Assembly (NCBI GenBank): GCA_963734545.1
Contig: CAVTHO010000008.1
Location: 704,001-768,000 of the forward strand
DNA from: an uncultured Spirochaetota bacterium
Lineage (GTDB): Bacteria > Spirochaetota > Spirochaetia > SZUA-6 > Fen-1364
Length of the DNA: 64,000 nucleotides
Direction: 5' to 3'
The translations under genes and the position numbers were made by a program. This document shows, in pieces, positions 38,937 through 50,954 of the stretch. Each line of letters opens with the position of its first letter. The stretch's first letter is position 1. The notes under the pieces were generated by a model. The model had not been told where the DNA came from. It saw only the letters and a program-made list of their open reading frames with translations, and did no database searches.

Positions 38937-39612
38937 ATGCGCACGGGGAAAGTCATAAGTCTTCTTTTCATTGCCGCTCTTTTGCTTCACCGGGTGCGCC
39001 AGCAGGATAGGCTATCCGGTGAAAGCGGTCGGGATCCCTACGCCTGTGACACTTTTTTCAAGCATGCCACAAACGGGGACGATCACGAAAAACCTGGACT
39101 ACTTCTCCAAAGAAGCATGGAGCCTGCTTTACCAGAAGAAGTTTGAAGACAACCTGAGCCAGATCTCCACTGACAGGCTGCTGAGAAGCTTGGACATACG
39201 GTTTCGCAATAATGCGGCCAAGGCACCCAACCTTTTCACGCTCAGCTCAACCGAGGTCCTGAACACCAGCATCACATACTCAAAGACCAAGAGTGATCCG
39301 CCCGACTATTCCGGTTTTGATTTCAGCCAGTACAAGGCAACGATCCCCACGCAATACATACTGGCCCTCACGATCGATGAATGGGGGATCATAGCGGCAA
39401 AGAAGAACGAAGAAAACGGGCCGTATGTGTCCCTCACGATGCAGCTTATCGACAAGGAAACGAATGCGAGCCTCTGGAAGTACAGCTACCTGTTCCAGGA
39501 GCCGGTTGACAAGGATGCGAATGAGCTGACGAAGGTGTCGGCGCTGCAGGATATCTACGAACAGCTGATCCCCAGGGCGGTGGACGCATACTTCATGTGG
39601 CTCGGCAATTAG
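38937..39612 (+). CDS. Hypothetical lipoprotein (frameshift in the signal peptide)
   Basis: 'MRTGKVISLLFIAALL' joined to 'FTGC' lipobox in the next frame. Confidence 0.65.
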
Positions 39613-39626
39613 CAGGGGGAGCCTGC

Positions 39627-41143
39627 ATGGCGTTCTACTATCCCGAAGCCGTCGCACACGTTCAGCGAATATCTCCTGATCCCCAACCTCACTCGCAAGG
39701 AGTGCTCCGCGGAGTCAGTCTCGCTTTCCACGCCGCTGGTGCGGTACGCGAAAGGCCACGAGGCTGCAATCCAGCTCGCCATACCTTTCAGTTCCGCGAT
39801 CATGCAGTCCGTGTCGGACCACGCCATGGCCATCGCCCTGGCGCGCGCGGGCGGAATCGCCTTCATCTTCGTCTCCCAGCCGATCGCAGACCAGGCGGGA
39901 ATGGTGGAGCGGGTCAAGAAGTTCAAGGCAGGGTTCGTGGTGAGCGATTCCAACATACGTCCTGACGCCACGCTGACAGGACGTGCTGGCCCTGCGAGAG
40001 CGCACGGGACACACCACCATGGCCGTGACGTCAGACGGCACGCCCGACGGGACAGCTTCTCGGCATGCTGACCAGCCGCGATTACCGGCTCAGCACCACG
40101 CCGCCCGGACGCGCGCGTGCGGGACCTGATGACAAAGTTCCCCGATCTCATATACGGAGATGAGGGCATCACGCTTTCCGAGGCCAATGAGCTGATCTGG
40201 CGGCACAAGCTCAATTGCCTTCCGGTGATTGCAAAGAGCGGTGCCCTGGCCAACCTCGTCTTCCGCAAGGACTACGCGGAGCACAAGGAGAATCCCCGGC
40301 GAGCTCGTGGATGGGGACAAGCGCCTGGTGGTCGGCGCGGGCATCAACACCCGCGACTATGCGGAAAGGGTGCCCGCCCTCGTTGCCGCAGGGGCGGACG
40401 TGCTCTGCGTGGACTCCTCCGACGGCTTCTCCGAATGGCAGTCAGATACGATCAAATGGATTCGCAGGACCTACGGAGAGAAGGTGAAGGTCGGAGGCGG
40501 AAACGTCGTGGACGCGGAAGGCTTCCGTTATCTCGCGGACGCGGGCGCTGATTTTGTGAAAGTGGGCGTCGGCGGAGGCTCGATCTGCATCACCCGGGAG
40601 CAGAAAGGCATCGGCCGCGGCCAGGCAACGGCGGTCATCGAGGTGGCCCAGGCCAGGGACCAGTATTTCCGGGACACGGGCTTCTACGTTCCCCTCTGCT
40701 CGGACGGGGGCATCGTGCAGGACTACCACATCGTCCTTGCCCTGGCCATGGGCGCGGATTTCGTCATGATGGGAAGATTCTTCGCGCGTTTCGACGAGGC
40801 GCCGGGCAGGCGCCTGCGAATCGGCGGCAACTACGTCAAGGAGTACTGGGGCGAAGGCTCGAACAGGGCGCGGAACTGGCAGCGCTACCACGAAGGGGAA
40901 GGCCGTCAGGGCCTCGGCTTCGAGGAAGGCGTGGACGGCTATGTTCCCTACGCGGGCAAGCTGAAGGACAACCTGGATTCCACGCTGAGCAAGATCCGCA
41001 GCACCATGACGAGCTGCGGGGCCTGCACCATCCCCGAGCTGCAGTCCCGCGCGCGCATCACGCTCGCCTCCGCCGTGAGCATCCGTGAAGGCAGCGCGCA
41101 CGACATCGTCGCCAAGGAGAACGAGATCATCCCGACCGCATGA
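39627..41143 (+). CDS. guaB: IMP dehydrogenase with CBS pair (multiple frameshifts)
   Basis: '[10 protein letters not shown]', 'SAIMQSVS', 'VDSSDG', '[20 protein letters not shown]', 'SDGGI', '[12 protein letters not shown]'. Confidence 0.93.
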
Positions 41144-41204
41144 GGCGTGGCCACCGATGGCGACGGGCGCCTACGGGCTCTACGCGATAGGCGCTCGGCC
41201 CTGC

Positions 41205-41966
41205 CTACAGCTCGCCGTCCAGCTCCACGCCGACCGGGCAGTGATCCGAGCCTGTTATCGAGTCCAGGATAAAAGCGTTCCGCAGCCTCTCCCGCAGTGA
41301 CTCGGAGACGCACACATAGTCGATGCGCCATCCGATGTTCCTCTCACGCGCACGCGTCACGTTACTCCACCACGTGTAGCGCTGCCCCTCGTCGTGATAC
41401 ACCCTGAACGTATCGATGAAGCCCGCGCCGAGGAGCCGGGTGAAGCTCTTTCTCTCCTGGTCGGTGAATCCCGCGTTCATCCTGTTGTCCCGGGGCCGTG
41501 CAATGTCGATCTCCTCGTGCGCAACGTTCATGTCGCCGCAGAAGAGCACGGGTTTTCTCTGCGCCAGTCGCTTTGCGAATGCGCGGAACCTGCGGTCCCA
41601 CTCGAGGCGGAAGTCGAGCCGCGGAAGTCCCCGCTGGCTGTTGGGCACATAGACGCTCACCACGTAGAGGGAGGCAAACTCCGCCGTGACCACGCGGCCT
41701 TCCGCGTCGGAAACCTTGTCCCCTATGCCCGCTTTCCATGAAACTGGCTCGACCCGGGAGAGCACCGCGGTCCCCGAGTATCCCGGCTTGAGCGCCGTGG
41801 CAAAACACTGGAAGGGAAGACTGGGAAGTACCCGGCCGACCTGGTGCTCGCCGGCCCGGACCTCCTGGAGACACACGATGTCCGGTCTCTGCCGGGCCAC
41901 CGTCTTCATGCCGCCCTTGGCGAGCACGGCACGCAGCCCGTTCACATTCCACGAGAGAAGCTTCAA
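41205..41966 (-). CDS. xth: Exodeoxyribonuclease III / AP endonuclease
   Basis: 'SWNVNGLR', 'CLQE', 'GDMNVAH', 'GWRIDY', 'SDHCPV'. Confidence 0.95.
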   Translation of the reverse strand: MKLLSWNVNGLRAVLAKGGMKTVARQRPDIVCLQEVRAGEHQVGRVLPSLPFQCFATALKPGYSGTAVLSRVEPVSWKAGIGDKVSDAEGRVVTAEFASLYVVSVYVPNSQRGLPRLDFRLEWDRRFRAFAKRLAQRKPVLFCGDMNVAHEEIDIARPRDNRMNAGFTDQERKSFTRLLGAGFIDTFRVYHDEGQRYTWWSNVTRARERNIGWRIDYVCVSESLRERLRNAFILDSITGSDHCPVGVELDGEL

Positions 41967-41979
41967 GTTGTGCGCGCCC

Positions 41980-42748
41980 TTACAGACCGACGATGTTGTA
42001 GCCTGTGTCCACGAAATGAATGTCGCCTGTCACGCCGCTGGCCAGGTCGGAGAGCAGGTAGAGGGCCGATTTTCCGACCTCATCCTGCGACACGGAGCGG
42101 TGCATGGGAGACCGGGCTTCCATGATGCCGAAGATCTCGCTGATGTTGGAGATGGCGCTTGCCGCAAGGGTGCGGATCGGCCCCGCCGAGATCGCGTTGA
42201 CCCGCACTCCTTTTTCCCCCAGGTCGAGTGCAAGGTAGCGGACGGTCGCCTCGAGCGCGGCCTTGGCCACCCCCATGACATTGTAGTTGGGGATTGCGCG
42301 CTGGGAGCCCAGGTACGTGAGGGTGATGACGGACCCGCCGTTCTTCATGAGCGGCAGGGCCGCGCGGGTCACGCCGATCAGCGAATACGCGCTGATGTCC
42401 AGGGCGGTCTTGAATCCTTCACGGGTGGTCTGGTGAAAGGCCTGTTTCAGCTCCTCCCTGCCCGCATATGCAACGGAATGCACGACGAAATCCAGGCGTG
42501 CCCCACTTCTGCTCGATCTCGGTAAAGACCTCCTCGATCTCCGAATCCTTGGAGACGTCGCAGCGCAGGATGAGGTCGGCGTCGATGCTCTCCGCGAGCG
42601 GCCGCACCCGCTTCTCGAAGACCTCGTTCAGGTAGGTGAAGGCAAGGGCGGCCCCTTCCTCGTGCAGCTTGCGGGCGATGCCCCACGCAATGCTCCTGTC
42701 GTTGGCCACCCCGAAGATCACACCCTTCTTGCCGGTCATCAGGCCCAT
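41980..42748 (-). CDS. fabI: Enoyl-ACP reductase (frameshift near 42495)
   Basis: 'GVANDRSIAWGIA', 'YNVMGVAKAALE', 'NAISAGPIRTLAA'. Confidence 0.95.
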
Positions 42749-42908
42749 GTCAGTGTCCCTCCTGCGCTGTCGTGCGTCCGTACAAGATACACCGGCACCG
42801 AACGAGAGTGAAGCGGGCATCCGCGCACCTGGCCGCGGTCGCCTCTGGCGACATTTCGTGTTCTCCCCTCTGGAAATCTTCCGCCTTTCCACGCTACGAT
42901 CCTGCCCC

Positions 42909-43648
42909 ATGGAACGCACTGCGGGAACGGAAATGCTGCGGGGAGTGCGCGCCGGCCTGCCGGTGGCGGTCGGCTACCTGCCGATGGCGATGGCTTTCGG
43001 CGTGCTGGCCACCCAGACCGGTCTGAGCTTCGGACAGGCCGCGGCCATGTCGCTCTTCGTCTACGCGGGGGCCAGCCAGTTCGCCTCTCTGGGGCTTCTG
43101 GCAGGAGGAGCCTCCGCGCTCGCCATCGTCCTGGCAACCCTTGTCCTCAACTTCCGTCATTTTCTCATGAGCGTGGCGCTTTCGCGCAGGATTCCCCTGC
43201 AGCGGCGCCCGGGACGAGCCGCGTGGGCAGCGCCCCTGGGCCTCGGGTTCGGTGTCACCGATGAGACCTTTGTCGTTGCGTCATTGAACGAATCCTTGAC
43301 GCCTGCCGTTCTTCTTCGGGCTGGCCCTCACTGCGTACCTCGCGTGGCTCAGCGGCACCCTGATCGGCGCCGGGTTCTCCTCCCTGATCCCGTCGCTCCT
43401 TGCGCGCGGCATGGGAGTGGCGCTGTACGCGATGTTCATCGCGATCCTCGTTCCCGGCGTGAAGAAGACATGGATCAACGGCCTGGTGGCCATTGCGGGC
43501 GCCGCGATTGCCTGGGGCGCCTCGCTCGCCGTCCCGGGGCTTCCCTCGGGATGGAGGATCGTCATTGCGATCCTCGTGGCCTCCGCGGTCGGCGCAGCGC
43601 TCGGCAGTGAAGGAGACCGCATCCCCTGGCCGGGAGGAAGCTGCATGA
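42909..43648 (+). CDS. azlC: AzlC-family branched-chain amino acid exporter (frameshifted)
   Basis: 'GYLPMAMAFG', 'YAGASQF', 'NFRHFLM', 'TDETF'; end inferred from the ATGA overlap with azlD. Confidence 0.85.
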
Positions 43649-43947
43649 TCTGGCTCATGATCGCAGGAATGTGCGTGGTGACGTTTGTTCCGCGCGTGAT
43701 TCCCCTGCTGCTCGGCAGGGACCTCGTTCTCCCGCGATGGATAAGGCGCTGGCTTTCGTTCTTTCCCTACGCGGCGCTGGGTGCCCTGATATTCCCCGGC
43801 ATTCTCTCCGTGATCGAAGGACGACCCTGGATAGGCCTTGCCGCCGGCGCGTGCGCCGCGCTCCTGGCGTTGAAGGCACGCAATGCGATATTCCCCGTGC
43901 TCGCCGCCATCGCCGTCACCGTGGTCCTGGATCTGATCACCACTTGA
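43645..43947 (+). CDS. azlD: AzlD-family membrane protein
   Basis: 'MIWLMIAGMCVVTFVPR...PYAALGALI'; lies directly downstream of azlC. Confidence 0.8.
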   Translation: MIWLMIAGMCVVTFVPRVIPLLLGRDLVLPRWIRRWLSFFPYAALGALIFPGILSVIEGRPWIGLAAGACAALLALKARNAIFPVLAAIAVTVVLDLITT

Positions 43948-43979
43948 ACGGAAGGGGTCGGCGCCCCTACACTGGCCGC

Positions 43980-45315
43980 ATGCCTCTCCTTACCGGCTCC
44001 AACAAGATCTTCGTGCTCGACACGAACGTCATCCTCCACGACCACGACTGCATCAACTCCTTCGAGGAGCACGACGTGGTGATCCCCATCACCGTGCTGG
44101 AGGAGATCGACAAGTTCAAGAAGGGCAACGAGATCATCAACTTCAATGCGCGCGAGTTCTCGCGCAAGCTCGACGGCATGGGCGGCGACAAGCTGCTCAA
44201 CGAGGGCATCCGCCTGGAGAGCGGCGGCATCGTGGTGGTGGAGACCAACGTCAAGCGCGACGAGCTGCTGGGGGAGATCTTCTGGGAGGACAAGCCCGAC
44301 CACCGCATCATCTCGCTGGCGTTCAACCTCGCCAAGGAGTACGGGAAAGAGCGGGTGATCCTGGTGTCCAAGGACATCAACATCCGCATGAAGGCCAAGA
44401 GCATCGGCATCAAGGCGGAGGACTACGAGACGGGCAAGATCAGCAACATCGACGAGCTGTACAAGGGCAAGCACGTGCTGGAGAACGTGGACGGCAGCGC
44501 TCATCGACGAGCTGTTCCAGGAAGGGATGGTCGCCCCGGGAGAAGTTTCCCGTGGACCGACGCCCTATCCCGAACGAGTACTTCATCATCAGGAACCAGA
44601 GCAAGAGCACTCTCGCCACCTACATCGCCGACGGTGATGTCCTTCAAGCACATCCAGAAGAAACGCGCCTACGGCATCGAGCCCCGCAACGCCGAGCAGA
44701 CCTTCTCCCTCGACGCGCTCTTCAACGAGAACATCCCCCTGGTGACCATGGCGGGCAAGGCGGGCACGGGAAAGACGCTGATGGCGCTGGCCGCGGCGCT
44801 GGAGAAGCGCTCCAGCTACAAGCAGATCTACCTGGCCCGGCCCATCGTGCCTCTGTCCAACAGGGACATCGGCTTCCTGCCCGGTGACATCAAGAGCAAG
44901 CTCGATCCCTACATGCAGCCGCTGTTCGACAACCTCACGCTGATCCAGAACCAGTTCGACGAGACCTCCCCCGAGTACAAGCGCATCCACGACATGCTGG
45001 AGAACGGGAAGCTGGTGATCACGCCGCTCGCCTACATCCGCGGCCGGCACCTGTCGAAGATCTACTTCATCATCGACGAGGCGCAGAACCTCACGCCGCA
45101 CGAGGTGAAGACGATCATCACCCGGGCGGGGGAGGGAACCAAGGTCGTCTTCACCGGGGACCCCTACCAGATCGACACGCCCTACCTGGACTCGCGCTCC
45201 AACGGCCTCACGTGCCTGATCGACAGGATGAAGGGCGAGTCGCTGTACGCGCACGTGACCCTGGAGAAGGGAGAGCGGTCGCAAGCTGGCCGAGCTGGCG
45301 TCGAACATACTGTAG
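43980..45315 (+). CDS. PhoH2-type protein (PIN domain + PhoH ATPase), frameshifted
   Basis: 'VLDTNVILHD', 'VSKDINIR', Walker A 'GKAGTGKT', 'YIRGR', 'IDEAQNLT', 'GDPYQID'. Confidence 0.92.
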
Positions 45316-45349
45316 GCCGTCCGCTCCTGGCGGAGCTGCCGCGGCGGAA

Positions 45350-46497
45350 CTAGAAATGCAGCCCGAACTCCACCTTGAGACTCACGGCGCTCCCGTCCGC
45401 GTTTACGCCGGTTATCCGGTAGGCCATATAGGCAGCGCCCCTGGCCAAATCGAGGAAGTCGAGGAACACGCCGCCGCCTGCCGAGCTCACGACACCCGCG
45501 CCGGCCGCGCCGGTGAATCCTGACTCTCCCACCTGGTTGTAATAGCCGATGTCCCAGAAGACCAGGAAGCCGGGAACGATGTCGGGGCTCACGAATGCCG
45601 GAAGGTTTGCGCGCACCTCCAGGTTGTTCACGATCTTGAAATTCGTATCCAGGCTTCCCTCATCGACGCCGCGCACCGCTCTGCCCAGACCGATCACCTG
45701 GTCCCCCCGTCCACCGAAAGTCTGACGGATATACAGCGGGACGGGCGCGCTCAGGCCCAGGGCATAGTCGACTGAGATCCGCTCGCCGAGGTAGATGCTG
45801 AAGAAATTCTCAGGGGTGTCCGGCTTCATGTCATAGACGGGCAGAAACCAGCGAAACGTGGCGTTGAACCGGGCGAAGTCCGAATCCCCCATGAATGTGT
45901 TGAGAAAAAAACGCGGCCCCCATTCCGCGGACAGCACGGCCGCGGTCCCGGAGCGCGTCTTGTGGTGGACGTCCCACAGGAGGTCATCATACGCGAAGCC
46001 CGCGATGATCGAGTTGAGGAGGAGCCCGGCCCGGTCGGGAAGCGTGGAGTCATAGAGGAGCTGGCCCGGCTTGATCTGGTTGAAATCCACGCGCCCCCGG
46101 TAATAGGCAAAGGCTTCGACAAGATTCGTCTTCGTGCGTTCGTTCCACGCAAGACCCTGGTCGATCCCCAGGCGCCAGGCACCTTCGATCCTGCACGAAC
46201 CCGGGGTCTTTGCCGGCGAGCGCACCCCCGGGCGCGAGATCGCGAGGGCCAACGAGCGCTCCCGATGCATCCCGGTAATACGACAGCCATTCGTAACCTC
46301 CGCCCAGGTACGCCCAGATTGTCGTGTCGACATTCGGAAGAAGCGCGGCACCGCGGTAGCCGATGCCCGCGTCCGCGCCCAGGACCCGGGGCGCCAGGTC
46401 GAACAGCGAACGAGCTCTGCTCCCCGACCGCCCAGCAGGAAATCGAACCGCCCAAAAGGAGCGCGAAGGAAAAGAGGAGACGCGCTATTCTGCTCAC
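45350..46497 (-). CDS. Outer-membrane beta-barrel protein (Omp85/surface-antigen-like), frameshifted
   Basis: Signal peptide; 'VRG' loop motif; C-terminus 'KVEFGLHF*'. Confidence 0.65.
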
Positions 46498-46546
46498 GAT
46501 GCCTCGAGGTTACATGTTTTGGCGGCCGCGTGCTATACTTGATTGC

Positions 46547-47311
46547 ATGAGGCTCAAAGTCGCCGCCGTACTGTGCCTTGTGCTCGCCATTGCGGCACCC
46601 GGGTTCGCTCTCTCCATCAATGAGCTGGACATAAACGCGAGCCTCATGGTGATCGGGAGCGTGCCGCCGGCCGGCCACGGTGACGTGAGTCCGATCGTGC
46701 AGCTCATCGGCGCTTCCCTCCCCCTTCAGGTCTCGGGACAGTTCTATATAGAGCCGATGCTCGAGTTCTTCGGCACGCTCTACGAATGGGTCGACGCAGA
46801 TAAGGTTGCCGTTCCGACGCAGATCGAGACAGCCTCCGGTTTCTGGACCCTGGGAACCTTGCTCAGCATGCACGCCGGCATGCGCTTCGTGCTCACTCCC
46901 CAGCTCTCGCTGGTCGGATCAATCGGTGCGGACTTCCTTCTCCGCTTCCCTATAGAGCTCTCGAACAAGAGCGCGTCCGGGATGGGGCCTGCGCTCAACT
47001 ACTTTTTCGCCAGTGCCAGGTTCTTCTATCCCGAGACAAGGGTTTCTCTCAGGTGGCAGGTATCCGACGTAATCGGGTTGATCGTGAACCTTCGGGCATT
47101 CTATCCCGTGTTCCACCTGTGGGACGGAATGGGCCAGCCCTTCATCGACCAGTTCATGTTCGCCGGAGGCCTGGGCATCGCGATCAGGCTGGGACCCGCA
47201 CCGGCAGCTCCTGCACCCGCGGCCCCCACACCCGCGGCACCTGCGCAGGAGGCTCCGGCCCCGGCCGCTCCCGCACCGGAGGCCCCGGCGCCTGCGTCAC
47301 CCCCCGGCTAG
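46547..47311 (+). CDS. Exported beta-rich protein with Pro/Ala-rich tail
   Basis: Signal peptide 'MRLKVAAVLCLVLAIAAPGFA'; amphipathic strands; PAPA-repeat tail. Confidence 0.65.
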   Translation: MRLKVAAVLCLVLAIAAPGFALSINELDINASLMVIGSVPPAGHGDVSPIVQLIGASLPLQVSGQFYIEPMLEFFGTLYEWVDADKVAVPTQIETASGFWTLGTLLSMHAGMRFVLTPQLSLVGSIGADFLLRFPIELSNKSASGMGPALNYFFASARFFYPETRVSLRWQVSDVIGLIVNLRAFYPVFHLWDGMGQPFIDQFMFAGGLGIAIRLGPAPAAPAPAAPTPAAPAQEAPAPAAPAPEAPAPASPPG

Positions 47312-48528
47312 ATAAAGTTCTCCGTTTCCACTTCCGTCCACACGTTTTCTTCGCGCGCGATCAGCAGAGACACGAATGAGGCGCTGAGCACGTCGATGAA
47401 CGCACCGAAGCTCACGAGGAGCGGGGCGATATTTCTCAGAATGAGATAGCCTTCCTGCAATCCCTTGGCGTAGATGCTGCACAGCATGAACAGGGAAAAG
47501 AATGCGCCGGTGCCGGGCGCGGCTCCCAGGATGAAGGATACGATGAACGAAAACAGCATGACCCAGAGGGTCTGCAGGAACGTGATTTCCAGGCTCGAGT
47601 AGGAACGCAGGATCAGAATGAAGGCGACGCTGGACACCATGGCCGTGCCCGCTCGTCCGAGCACGGCAAACAGCGGGTAGACGGCGGAGCCGACCATCCG
47701 GGGCACTCCCAGGCTTTCCTTCCCGTGCTTGGTCAGGAACCCGAGTGACACGTACTGGTCGCCGCTGAACAGGCCCACGATGGCCGGCCCCAGGGAGGCG
47801 TAGAGCCAGCGGTACGGATTCTCCTTGAGGCCCAGCACGTACAATGCGCCGGGAAAGACGCCAAACGCGACGAGACCGACATCAACGGCGAGAATGATGA
47901 TGATCTGCTTGTACATGCCCAGATCCGCGTGCGAGAGATGCGACACGCGGGCAGCCGCGATGGCGATCAGCGCAACAGCGAAAAGCTCCACGATGAGGGA
48001 GTTCAGGTGATAGAAGATGCGTGACAGCGAGTCGAACATCTGCGCAACGGGGCGCGTGACCTGGCGGTCGAAATCCATGTTCACGCCCAGGAGGAACGCG
48101 AGGATCATGAGGGGGAGAAGAAAGTCCCCGCTTCCGAAGAACACATTGAAAAGATTGCGGGGGAAGATGACCTTGAGACCCTCCAGCACGCCGACAGGCA
48201 CGAACGCCTTCTCCGCCTCTATGGTAATGGGGATGCGCTCGGGCGGGAAAACGAGCACCGACAGAGTGCCGATGACGATGAGCAGGGCAGCGGACAGGGC
48301 GACGTACTTGAACGCGGAGAGGTACACGCGCAGCAGTCTCTTCTCCTGGACGAGCTCCGAGGTGCCGATGCCCAGCGAGAAGAATATGAACGGGAACAGC
48401 ACGTAGCGTCCTATTCCGAGAAGCAGGCCGGACAGGGAATCGAAAAATCCCTGGGCTTGAACAGGAATGAGAAATCCGACCACCAGACCGACGATCGAAC
48501 CGATGAAGAGCTTGATCCAGATTTTCAC
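47308..48528 (-). CDS. Dicarboxylate/amino acid:cation symporter family
   Basis: 'KIWIKLFIGSIVGLVVG', 'IFPRNLF', multiple TM segments. Confidence 0.78.
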   Translation of the reverse strand: MKIWIKLFIGSIVGLVVGFLIPVQAQGFFDSLSGLLLGIGRYVLFPFIFFSLGIGTSELVQEKRLLRVYLSAFKYVALSAALLIVIGTLSVLVFPPERIPITIEAEKAFVPVGVLEGLKVIFPRNLFNVFFGSGDFLLPLMILAFLLGVNMDFDRQVTRPVAQMFDSLSRIFYHLNSLIVELFAVALIAIAAARVSHLSHADLGMYKQIIIILAVDVGLVAFGVFPGALYVLGLKENPYRWLYASLGPAIVGLFSGDQYVSLGFLTKHGKESLGVPRMVGSAVYPLFAVLGRAGTAMVSSVAFILILRSYSSLEITFLQTLWVMLFSFIVSFILGAAPGTGAFFSLFMLCSIYAKGLQEGYLILRNIAPLLVSFGAFIDVLSASFVSLLIAREENVWTEVETENFI

Positions 48529-48592
48529 ACGCACCACATTATCGGATTCCCCCCGCCGCGTCAACGAAAGGGGGGTCTGCGGAAGGCACAGA

Positions 48593-50057
48593 TCAGGGAC
48601 GCGGCGGCGCTCCCGAATCCGCCGGGTGCGGCGGCGCTCCCGAATCCGCCGGGTACGGCGGCGCCCCTGAATCCGCCGGGTACGGCGGCGCCCCGGCGGG
48701 TACCGGTTCGAAGGTCGCGGGATAGTCCTGGAAATAATGCGAGCCCTGCCACCCCTTCTTGACCGCCTTGTTGAATTTGTAGATCGCGACAAAGCTGCTG
48801 AGCTTCCGGATGCCCACCAGGGACTTGAGCATGCGGTACTGGTTGCGAGGGAATGAATAGATATGATGCTTGATAAAGTTGTCGCCGCGGTAGATCGTAT
48901 CCGCATCAACCCCCCGAGTCCTGCGCACGACGTATGACAACCGGTACCGGGCCCAGTCCTCGGGGAACTTGACCGCAAGGAGACGTTCTTCCTTCTCCAT
49001 GCGCTCCATCAGGGCGGTCCCCGGGAGCGGGGTCAGGATGAACATCTGCACGATATCCACGCCCGCGGCGACGAGGAATCGGGCAAGGGTCTTATAGTAC
49101 CGGGGGGACTCATTGTCATTGCCGATGATGAACGAGCCGATGACACCCATCCCGTGACGGTGGAACGCCTTGATGACTTTCTTGTAGTTGGAGACGCCCA
49201 CTCTTGATGTTGACGCCTTTCTTCATGTCGGCAAGGCTCTCGTCGCTGATGCTTTCGAACCCGATCAGCGCAAACATGCAGCCGGCGCGTCCGGCCAGGG
49301 AGAGAAGCTCCTCGTCATCCGCGGTGTTGATCGATGTCTGCATCCACCATCGCTTCTTCAAGCCCCTGTCGATCATCCCCCGGAAAAGCTCCCTGGCCCT
49401 GTCCCGGCTCTCCGCGGAATATCCCACCAGGTTGTCGTCGAGAAAGAAAATGTACCTCCCGTCGATCTCCGCAAGCTCCGACAGTATGTCGGCGGGTCTT
49501 CTCTGGCGATACGTGGTGCCGAGGTACCGCGAGACGGAGCAGAACTCGCAGTTGAACGGGCATCCCCGCGAGGTCTGGACGGACTGAAACACATAGTGAG
49601 GGCTCATGAGGTCCCGGCGGGGCTTCACGGAGAAGCGCGACAGGTCCACCCGCGGACCCGTATAGATGCCGGAGAGGCGTCCCTGTTCGGCATCCTCGAT
49701 CACCTTCCCCCAGATCTCCTCCGCTTCTCCCACCACGACGGCATCAGCGAACTGCAGCGCCTCCTCGGGGATCATCGACGCATGAATGCCGCCGAGCACC
49801 ACCTTGACGTTTCTTTTGCGGTACAGACGCGCAAGCTCGTACGCCCTGTTGATGTTGCCCGTGAAGGCCGTGATGCCCACGAGGTCCGCGTCCTCCGGAT
49901 CGATCGGGCCGAAGTTCTCATCCGCAATCTTCACCTCCCAGCCGGAGGGCGTGACCGCGGCGATATAGGCGAGGCTCAGGGGCTGAAAAGTGGAGAACCT
50001 GCTCAGCAGGCTTCCGCTTCTTCTGCCCACCGGATTTATCAGGAGCAGCTTCTTCAT
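48593..50057 (-). CDS. B12-binding radical SAM protein (frameshift near 49200)
   Basis: 'VVLGGIHAS', 'VVGEAE', CX3CX2C 'RGCPFNCEFC', 'FLDDN', 'IGFES', 'TPLPGT'. Confidence 0.9.
48601..48695. repeat. 27-bp tandem repeat (~3.5 copies) encoding GAPPYPADS at the radical SAM C-terminus
   Basis: gaatccgccgggtRcggcggcgcYccN units at 48615, 48642 and 48669, each with a CCGCCG-N4-CGGCGG hairpin. Confidence 0.9.
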
Positions 50058-50114
50058 CCGCGCCATTGTACGGACAACGAGAAACGCGTGTCAACTTTCG
50101 CTATACTTCCCATC

Positions 50115-50954
50115 ATGAAAGGCGTCATCGTCACCGCCGGGTACGGGACCCGCTTCCTTCCCGTCACGAAGACGATCCCCAAGGAGATGCTCCCGCTTGT
50201 CAACCGGCCCTCCATTGATTTCATCGTGCAGGAGCTCATTGCATCGGGCATCACCGAGATCCTCTTCATCACCTCGCGCCGAAAGAAAGCGCTGGAAGAC
50301 TACTTCGATCGCGAGGTCGAGCTGGAGAGCGTGTTTCGCGCCGCGGGAGACGAGAAGATGCTGGCGCGCATCGCGCCGCCGAAGGCCTCCTGCTATTTTG
50401 TGCGGCAGACCGAGATGAGAGGAACGGGGCATGCGCTTCTGCTCGCCCGCTCATTCGTCGGGAGCGAGCCATTCGTCGTTGCCTACCCGGATGACCTGCA
50501 CTTCGGAGAAAAGCCGCTCGCGCGGCAGCTCATCGAAACCTGGGAGAAGACCGGATGCACCGTCCTTGCCACGCTGCATGATCCGCCGGACATCAATCGC
50601 TACGGGGTGATCTCCATCGCGGAAGACGGGCTGCACGTGACGGGCATCACGGAAAAACCGAGGCGGGGTCAGGAACCCAGCCGGGAGGCATCCATCGGCA
50701 GATTCCTGTATGCGCCCGACTTCCTCGACCAGCTCGCCGAAGAATGGAAGAAACACGGGAAGGGAGAGTTCTTCCACACGCCCGCCGTGCTCGCCCTCGC
50801 GCAGAAGGGCCGCGTGGTCTACCGGCGCGTGGAAGGAGAGAGGCTGGACACCGGCGAACCGGGCGGGTACCTGGAGGCGATCATCCGCTACGCGCAGAGC
50901 GTGCCGGATCTCGCGCGTGAGCTCGAAAGAATCCTTCCGAAGATCAAGTCGTGA
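50115..50954 (+). CDS. galU: UTP--glucose-1-phosphate uridylyltransferase
   Basis: 'AGYGTRFLPVTKTIPKEMLP', 'VRQTEMRGTGHA', 'EKP', 'RLDTG'. Confidence 0.88.
   Translation: MKGVIVTAGYGTRFLPVTKTIPKEMLPLVNRPSIDFIVQELIASGITEILFITSRRKKALEDYFDREVELESVFRAAGDEKMLARIAPPKASCYFVRQTEMRGTGHALLLARSFVGSEPFVVAYPDDLHFGEKPLARQLIETWEKTGCTVLATLHDPPDINRYGVISIAEDGLHVTGITEKPRRGQEPSREASIGRFLYAPDFLDQLAEEWKKHGKGEFFHTPAVLALAQKGRVVYRRVEGERLDTGEPGGYLEAIIRYAQSVPDLARELERILPKIKS

Noticed and set aside
39627-42748. guaB and fabI as pseudogenes or programmed frameshifts
   Set aside because: Core genes with intact motifs and indels scattered across the whole window; sequencing or consensus error is more parsimonious
43980-45315. 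PIN-PhoH protein as a toxin-antitoxin or defence system
   Set aside because: PhoH2 is a widespread known family and no antitoxin or defence genes are adjacent
48601-48695. 27-bp repeats as a CRISPR array
   Set aside because: Head-to-tail units without spacers, inside a coding frame
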